From positions 1,664,001 to 1,728,000 of the forward strand of contig CAWAUV010000007.1 in the NCBI GenBank assembly GCA_963785305.1: a stretch of 64,000 nucleotides of DNA, written 5' to 3'. Below, piece by piece: positions 57,846 through 64,000 of the stretch. The DNA comes from an uncultured Planctomycetaceae bacterium. GTDB taxonomy: Bacteria; Planctomycetota; Planctomycetia; Pirellulales; PALSA-1355. A model generated the notes under the pieces. That model had not been told where the DNA came from. It worked only from the letters and a program-made list of their open reading frames with translations, and searched no databases. A program made the translations under genes and the position numbers. Each line of letters opens with the position of its first letter. The stretch's first letter is position 1.

Positions 57846-58943
57846 CTACGCCGCTTTGCTTCGCAGCCTGGGGTCCAACGCGTCGCGTAGACGGTCGCCT
57901 AGGAAATTGAGGGCCAGCAGCGTCGTCGCCACCGCCAGGCTTGGGTACAGGATCAGCCACCAAAAAGTCCGCACCGGCGTGATCACGCGGAAGCCTTGGC
58001 TCGCCAGCACTCCCCACGAAACTTGCGGCGCCTGCACTCCCAGGCCGAGGAACGACAAGAACGCCTCGAAGAGCATCACTTGCGGGATCGTGAGCGTGAG
58101 ATACACGATCACCACATTCATCGTGTTCGGGACCAAATGCCGAAAGATGATGCGGCCCCGGGTGGCGCCGAGCGCCTGGGCCGCTTCGACAAACGCCTCG
58201 TGCTTGAGCGACAGTACTTGCCCGCGCACGACTCGGGCCATCGAAAGCCACTGCACCGCCCCGACCACGAGATAAAAGATCATCAGCCGATCGATCCCCA
58301 CGACCGCGAGGCTCTTTTCCACCTGGGGGTCGTTCAAGAACGTGATCAGAAAGATCACGATAAAGATCAAGGGCAGCGAATAGAGCATGTCGACGACGCG
58401 CATCATGAGATTGTCGATCCGCCCGCCCAAGTAACCGGCCGCGGCGCCATAGGCCACGCCGATCACAAGCGACACGCCCGTGGCCACCAGCGCCACGACG
58501 AGCGAGACCCGAGCGCCCCAAAACACGCGGGCGAGCACATCGCGGCCGAGTTCATCGGTTCCACACACACAGGCCAGCGAGCGGCTGCCCCAGATTTTCA
58601 GCCGCAGGGCCACCAGCGGATATTGCCAGCGAGCCAAGTCGCGAAAGTCGGCTTGCACCTTGGCGTCGTCGAGCCGGCCTTGGTCATCGACGAGATCGAG
58701 ATCGTGGTCGATCCAGCTCCAGGTCCGCGGCGCCTCGAGCGCCGAACAGTGCGCACTCGATAAGGCGACTGGAGCGGCCACAGCGGAGTGAGGGCCGCCG
58801 CGACGCCGAGCATCACGAGATAGGCGATCGCCACGAGCGCGAGCCGACTTTTCTTCAGCCGATCCCAAGCGGCCCGCCGCGGCGACTGGCCGATGGGCGC
58901 GGTCTCGGCGCGCCGGCCGGCGGCAAGGGCGGCGCTTCTTCAA
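57846..58943 (-). CDS. oppC: Oligopeptide ABC transporter permease
   Basis: GTDELGRD, ARVVRGQVL, EAAQALGA, HLVPN, LRDALDPR. Confidence 0.88.
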   Translation of the reverse strand: MKKRRPCRRPARRDRAHRPVAAAGRLGSAEEKSARARGDRLSRDARRRGGPHSAVAAPVALSSAHCSALEAPRTWSWIDHDLDLVDDQGRLDDAKVQADFRDLARWQYPLVALRLKIWGSRSLACVCGTDELGRDVLARVFWGARVSLVVALVATGVSLVIGVAYGAAAGYLGGRIDNLMMRVVDMLYSLPLIFIVIFLITFLNDPQVEKSLAVVGIDRLMIFYLVVGAVQWLSMARVVRGQVLSLKHEAFVEAAQALGATRGRIIFRHLVPNTMNVVIVYLTLTIPQVMLFEAFLSFLGLGVQAPQVSWGVLASQGFRVITPVRTFWWLILYPSLAVATTLLALNFLGDRLRDALDPRLRSKAA

Positions 58944-58977
58944 TGGGCGGACCTGTAGCCACTGTTGCGAGTTCTCC

Positions 58978-59895
58978 TTAATCGAGCGAAATTCGCGGGT
59001 CGAGAATCGCGTAGGCCGTGTCGACCAGGAGGTTCATCAGGCTCAAGAGGGCACAGTACAAGAGCACCACGCCCATGGCCAGTGTCAGGTCGCGCTGCGT
59101 GGCGGCTTGCACGAAATGCACGCCGAGGCCCGGGATGGCGAATACTTGTTCGACAATCAGGCTTCCGGTGCAAATGCCGGCCATGGCCGGGCCCAGAAAC
59201 GTGACCAACGGCGCGAGGCCGCCGCGAAGCGCGTGGCGGAAAATGACCACGCGCGGCGAAAGGCCCTTGGCCACGGCGGTGCGAATGTAGTCTTGCCCCA
59301 GGGTGTCGAGCATGCCGGTGCGCACCAGCCGGGCGATATACGCGGCATAGGGCGCGCCCAAGCAAAAGGCCGGTAGCACCAGTTGCCGCGCGGAGCCCCA
59401 GCCAGCCGCGGGAAAGATCGGCACGAGGAACACGAACAGCAGCAGCAGAATGCCGGCGATCACGAAGTTGGGCAGCGCGATGCCGATCGTGGCCCAGGCC
59501 ATCAGCACCGCGTCGAGCGCGCTGCCGCGGCGCGTGGCCGCCGCCACTCCGGCGCCGAGTCCGACCAAGATTGCTCCCGCGAGGGCAAGCACCCCCAAGC
59601 CCGCCGAGATCGGCAGACCCATGGCGATGATTTGATTCACGGTGTAATCGCGCTGTTTGAAACTATAGCCCAGGTCGCCGCGGAGCACATTGCCGAGCGA
59701 ACGGGAGTATTGCCGCCAAAGCGGTTCGTCGAGATGGAATTGTCGCTCCATGTGGGCGCGAATCTCGGGCTCGAGCTGCCGCTCGCTGTCGAACGGCCCG
59801 CCGGGCGCCACGCGCATCAAGAAAAACGCGAGCGTAAACACGATCCATAGCGTGAGCCCGATCCACGCCAGCCGTTTGACGATAAAGCGAAGCAT
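58978..59895 (-). CDS. oppB: Oligopeptide ABC transporter permease
   Basis: APGGPF, GDLGYS, DYIRTAVAKGL, HALR, IPGLG, LDPRI. Confidence 0.92.
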   Translation of the reverse strand: MLRFIVKRLAWIGLTLWIVFTLAFFLMRVAPGGPFDSERQLEPEIRAHMERQFHLDEPLWRQYSRSLGNVLRGDLGYSFKQRDYTVNQIIAMGLPISAGLGVLALAGAILVGLGAGVAAATRRGSALDAVLMAWATIGIALPNFVIAGILLLLFVFLVPIFPAAGWGSARQLVLPAFCLGAPYAAYIARLVRTGMLDTLGQDYIRTAVAKGLSPRVVIFRHALRGGLAPLVTFLGPAMAGICTGSLIVEQVFAIPGLGVHFVQAATQRDLTLAMGVVLLYCALLSLMNLLVDTAYAILDPRISLD

Positions 59896-59927
59896 CGGGT
59901 CACCTGGGTTACGGGGGAAAGAGGTTT

Positions 59928-60153
59928 GCCACGGAAGGATTCAACGGGGGAAGGTTAGCCACGGAAGGACACGGAAAACACGGAAAATAACAGGGGGTTT
60001 GCGGGGATCGACTCGGCGTGGTTTCTGATTTATCAAGAGGCGGTTGAGAATCGACGCCATGATTCGGGCGATGCATGCATATGGAACTCCTCGTTGCGCT
60101 CTCTTTCCGTTTCCGTGTTTCTTCCGTGTTTCTTCCGTGTTGTTCCGTGGCTA
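59928..60153. repeat. Inverted CACGGAA-repeat arms enclosing a decayed GxxExxY-like fragment
   Basis: Left arm TAGCCACGGAAGGACACGGAAAACACGGAA (59956-59985); right arm TTCCGTG repeats ending TTCCGTGGCTA (60105-60153). Inner fragments KITG..LG.GF..IYQEAVE. Confidence 0.7.
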
Positions 60154-60165
60154 GTCTTTTCCTCC

Positions 60166-62055
60166 TCATTGCTCCCTCGCGGGCCGCTTGATCGACAAGT
60201 CTTGCAGCGGATGCACATCCAGCAGGTTCGTGTGAAAGCCTTCGACGCGCGGGCTCACCATGTTGCGCGACACGCGGAAATACAGCGGCACAATCGGCAT
60301 TTCCTCGAGCAGCAGTCGCTCGGCGTCGTGCAAAATCTCGAACCGCCGGGCCGGGTCGGTTTCGTCGCCCGCCGCCGCGATCAGCCGATCGTATTCCGGC
60401 GAGGCAAAGCCGGTGGGGTTGTTGGCGCCGCCGGTCACGAACAGATCGAGAAACGTGTTCGGGTCCGGATAATCGCCCACCCAGCCGTAGCGGCAGGCTT
60501 GAAATTGCTTCATGTGAATGCTGCTCAGAAAGCTGCCCCACTCGAGGCTGCGCAAGCGGGCGTCGACGCCCAGATGGCGCTTCCATTGATCTTGAATGAG
60601 TTGGGCGACCGATTCATGCGTGTCGTCTTGATTGTAGAGAATCTTGATCTCCGGCAAGCCCACCCCGCCCGGATAGCCCGCCTCGGCCAAGAGCGCGCGG
60701 GCCTTGTCGAGATCGAGCCGCACTCCGCCCACGGGCTCATAGCCCACGATGCCTGGCGGCACGAGACTCTCGGCCGGGGTTTCGCCGCCGCGGGTGATGC
60801 GATCGACGATCTCGCGCCGATCGATCGCCATGCCGAGCGCCCTTCGCACAAGCCGATTGTCGAGCGGCGGCTCGGTGAGATTGAAGAGATAAAAGTTCAC
60901 GGTCAGTTCGGGCCCGGAAATGAAATCGCCGCGATTCCGGGCGCGAATGTCGGCCACCACGATCGGCGGCACGGTGGTGATCCAATCGGCGGCGCCGGTC
61001 AGATACATGTTGAGCGCCGTGGGGGGCGAGCTCACGGAGAGCGCGTCGATCGAGCGAATCGCAACATGGTCGCGGTTCCAATAGCGAGGGTTCTTCGTCA
61101 TCCGCAGCCGGTCGCGAAACCGTCGGCTTTCAAGATGGTAGGCGCCGTTGCTCACGATATGCTCGGGCTTGAGCCACTCCGGATAACCATAGCGCTCGAC
61201 ACAGTGCGACGGAGTGGGCGACAGCGAAAAATAGCCGGCCAGATCGAGAAAAAAAGGCGTCGGCCGCTCGAGCTTGATCTCGACCGTGAGGGCGTCGGGC
61301 GCCTTGAGCCCCACTTCCGCGAAGTCGAGCGTGAGCAGCCGGCAGGGTTCGATGTCGTCGCTCGCCGATTCGTCTTGCGCGGTCTCGGCGCTCATGCGAA
61401 ACCGGCGCCGGCGGCCCTCGATGTCGACGGTGTAAATCAGAGGAGTCTTAACATCACTCGCGGCGCTCGCGGTCGGGGCGCTCTGGGGGGCCGAGTTGGG
61501 CTCGGTGGCGATCAGCACGCCCCGAAGCACGACGCCTCGGGCAAACGGCAAGGCCCCGGCCGGTCGCTCAAGCAATTCCACTTCCACAGGGTCGCCCGGC
61601 GCAATCGCGCGCGTCGTGTAGCGCTTCGCGTTGCGGGCGTACCACAGTTGATAGGCATAGCGGGCGCCGGTGTTTGGATCGAGCAGCCGGCGAAACGACC
61701 AGATGAAATCCTCGGCCGTGACCGGCTTGCCATCGGACCAGCGGGCGGTGTCGCGAAGGTGAAATGTGTAGCGCAGCCCATCGGGCGATACTTCCCACTG
61801 CTGGGCCACGCCGGGCGTCGGGCGGAGCGTTTGCTGGTCGTAGTTCACCAGGCCCTCGAACATGGCGATGATCAGCCGATGTTCGGGCCGGCCCGTGGCT
61901 CGAGCCGGGTCGAGCGATTCGGGCTCGGTTTCGTTGATGAAGGTGAACTCCGCGGGCTCAAGCGTCGCCCGCGACACGACCCAGGCGATCGCGGCCACGA
62001 GCAATGCCAGGAGCAAACGGGGAAACCACTCTCGCACGATATTCAGCGCTCCCAA
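60166..62055 (-). CDS. oppA: Oligopeptide ABC transporter substrate-binding protein
   Basis: EPESLDP, FEGLV, WSDGKPVTAEDF, NGAYHL, WVGDYPDP. Start uncertain. Confidence 0.92.
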   Translation of the reverse strand: MGALNIVREWFPRLLLALLVAAIAWVVSRATLEPAEFTFINETEPESLDPARATGRPEHRLIIAMFEGLVNYDQQTLRPTPGVAQQWEVSPDGLRYTFHLRDTARWSDGKPVTAEDFIWSFRRLLDPNTGARYAYQLWYARNAKRYTTRAIAPGDPVEVELLERPAGALPFARGVVLRGVLIATEPNSAPQSAPTASAASDVKTPLIYTVDIEGRRRRFRMSAETAQDESASDDIEPCRLLTLDFAEVGLKAPDALTVEIKLERPTPFFLDLAGYFSLSPTPSHCVERYGYPEWLKPEHIVSNGAYHLESRRFRDRLRMTKNPRYWNRDHVAIRSIDALSVSSPPTALNMYLTGAADWITTVPPIVVADIRARNRGDFISGPELTVNFYLFNLTEPPLDNRLVRRALGMAIDRREIVDRITRGGETPAESLVPPGIVGYEPVGGVRLDLDKARALLAEAGYPGGVGLPEIKILYNQDDTHESVAQLIQDQWKRHLGVDARLRSLEWGSFLSSIHMKQFQACRYGWVGDYPDPNTFLDLFVTGGANNPTGFASPEYDRLIAAAGDETDPARRFEILHDAERLLLEEMPIVPLYFRVSRNMVSPRVEGFHTNLLDVHPLQDLSIKRPAREQ

Positions 62056-62237
62056 GCGGACGGAGGACGATGGCCACGATCAGCTCGAGCGCATTGGCGA
62101 TTCCGATGGCGACGCGGCGTTTTCATGGTAACGCGATAGCGGCTCCCGGGCCAGCGGATTTCGAGCTTGCAGCTTGCACGCTCGTGGCGGTACTATCCCC
62201 CGCCCCTCCACGCTGAAAACCGAAAACTGCTCTCCCC

Positions 62238-64000
62238 ATGCTTCAAACCATCGCCTCGATGACGACCCGCAAGCAGGCGCCGCTCCTTGGTCTCCTGCTT
62301 TTCGCCGCGGTGTTTCTTTTGCCCGACTGCATCGTAGGCTATGGCGGCGACGATCTTTTGAATGCCTGCACTCAAGGCCATGTGCGGATTCGCGGTGGCG
62401 GCTTTAGCGACTATTTGCACATGCGGCTTTCGGGCTGGATGTCGGCCGGCAGGCTGTTTCCGCTGGCGATCGTGCAAACCTATGGGTTGCATTATTGGCA
62501 TCCCTCGGCGGCGCTGTTTCATCGGCTGGTCTATGGTGTGCTGCTCGTCGATGTCGGGTTGTTTTATGGCCTGCTCCGCGCGTGGCGATTGGCGCCGGGC
62601 ATGGCGGCCTTGGGCGGCCTGTTGCTCACGCTGCTATTTCAAATGCGGTGGGCATTCGACCCGATTCTCCAGTTCGCGGGCCTGATGCCGGCGCTGGCGA
62701 CCGAGTTGCTGGCGGCCCTGTTGATGTTTGACTGCTATTTGCGCTGCCGGCGCGAGAGGTGGCGCGTGGCGAGCCTCGCGGCGTTTTGCTTGGCGCTGTT
62801 GACGTATGAGATCGCGTTCGTGGCGGGGCCGGTGTTTTGGTTCCTGGCCCGCGCGCATGACAACGACTGGCGGACGGCTTTCGGCGCGGCGCGGCCGCAT
62901 GGCACGCTGATGTTGCTACTCGTGGCGTTCGCGCTCGGACTGCGACATCAGGCGATTCCGGTCGAGGGGAGCGCGTATTCGCCGAATTTCGATCCGGCGG
63001 CGATCGCCGGCGCGACAATGCGAGAAGCGTCGGCGGCACTGCCGTTGAGCTACTGCCTGCTGAGCGAACATCGGAGCGAGATGTTTTCGGCGAGCCGGCT
63101 CGTGGGCGATTGGCGAAATTGGGCGATCGGGCTCTTGGCGGCGGGATTCGCATTCGCCTGGATGCGGAGCGAACCGTCTTCCGCGCCGCGTTGGAAATTG
63201 CTGGCGATCGCCGGCGGGGCTTTGTGGATTTTGCCCGGTGCGCTGCTGGCGCTCTCGCCCAAATATCAGCAATCGGTGCTGGTCGGCATTGGGTATCTGC
63301 CGGTGTATTTGCAGTATTTTGGGTTCGCGATGCTGACGATCGCCTCGCTCGTCGCCGCGAGAGAATCGTTGCCGAGAGCGTGGAAGTGGCTCGCGCCGCC
63401 GATCGCGCTGGCGAGCGCCCTGGTGGCGATGATGACTTACGATGGCAATCGCGCGGTCGCCGCGCGAATGAACGCCGACCCCACGCTCAAGGCGATGTCG
63501 CTTGTCGAATCGGCTTGCCGCGCGGGACTCTTCGATCCCGCGCCGGCCGGGGCCACGGTCGCTTCGCTCACCGGGCATCCTTGGCTGGCCGGCGGGCCGG
63601 AGAATGCCGGCGGACATTTTTCGACCGTGCTCGGCCGCGTGCTCTATGCCGTGACCGGATATCCGACGCCGGTCTGGTTCGACTACGCAAGGCGGATCGG
63701 CAATGTTCCGCCGCCCACGTTCGTCATGGCCGACTTGTGTCCCGACGCCGACTGGGGCTATGTGCTCCTGGGCGAAGTCGAGTCGACCGCGGGCGGCTGC
63801 CGCGAAGAAGATTATCGCGTGCGGCGATATCGGTTGTTCGCGCGGGGCAGTTACGCGGATCGCGCGATCGTGCCCGACGAGCTCGCGATCGCGATCTTGC
63901 AGCGCAACCGCGCGGGCGTGCTTACGCCGCGCTTGGCTCAGTGGACCGATCTCGCGCGGCTCGAGGTTGTCGAGCGCTCCTCCGAGGGAGTGGTGCTTGC
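62238..64000 (+). CDS. Polytopic membrane protein, GT-C-type glycosyltransferase-like (runs off the window's right end)
   Basis: Manual translation of the 5' part: TM1, GYGGDD loop, GRLFP, further TM helices. Absent from the ORF track, consistent with no stop before the window end. Confidence 0.55.
   Translation, partial: MLQTIASMTTRKQAPLLGLLLFAAVFLLPDCIVGYGGDDLLNACTQGHVRIRGGGFSDYLHMRLSGWMSAGRLFPLAIVQTYGLHYWHPSAALFHRLVYGVLLVDVGLFYGLLRAWRLAPGMAALGGLLLTLLFQMRWAFDPILQFAGLMPALATELLAALLMFDCYLRCRRERWRVASLAAFCLALLTYEIAFVAGPVFWFLARAHDNDWRTAFGAARPHGTLMLLLVAFALGLRHQAIPVEGSAYSPNFDPAAIAGATMREASAALPLSYCLLSEHRSEMFSASRLVGDWRNWAIGLLAAGFAFAWMRSEPSSAPRWKLLAIAGGALWILPGALLALSPKYQQSVLVGIGYLPVYLQYFGFAMLTIASLVAARESLPRAWKWLAPPIALASALVAMMTYDGNRAVAARMNADPTLKAMSLVESACRAGLFDPAPAGATVASLTGHPWLAGGPENAGGHFSTVLGRVLYAVTGYPTPVWFDYARRIGNVPPPTFVMADLCPDADWGYVLLGEVESTAGGCREEDYRVRRYRLFARGSYADRAIVPDELAIAILQRNRAGVLTPRLAQWTDLARLEVVERSSEGVVL

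Noticed and set aside
60094..62139. 681-aa + strand ORF
   Set aside because: Antisense shadow of oppA.

Overview
High-GC bacterial DNA, most likely a planctomycete (inferred from the RHS style, the LRR and PEP-CTERM proteins and conserved hypotheticals). Many single-base indels break housekeeping genes and look like long-read errors. Bases 1-15.8 kb (- strand) hold an array of 5'-truncated orphan RHS toxin modules with two alternating C-terminal tips and cognate immunity genes (a lipoprotein and an LRR protein), on an ~8.5 kb duplicated unit. Two near-identical 1,936-bp group II introns (15855-17790, 52624-54559) sit in the same target, AAGGGGTCAGG|ACTCATTGATT. This target looks like the REP at the 3' end of a decayed RAYT (REP-associated tyrosine transposase) gene, and the intron carries an 11-nt complement of it. 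Each distinct RHS truncation junction lies next to this REP-like site: one occupied by the full intron, one by a 45-bp intron stub, one empty. This is the best candidate for an undescribed REP/intron-linked toxin-cassette system. The rest is mostly core genome: RNase HII-like, sixA, di-heme peroxidase, sufU/sufS, HDOD, a ~4,000-aa PEP-CTERM adhesin, lpdA-aceE-aceF, UDG, kinases, rhomboid, oppABC and a GT-C-like protein. There is also an IS630/IS21-end/GH144-like islet and a decayed GxxExxY element.
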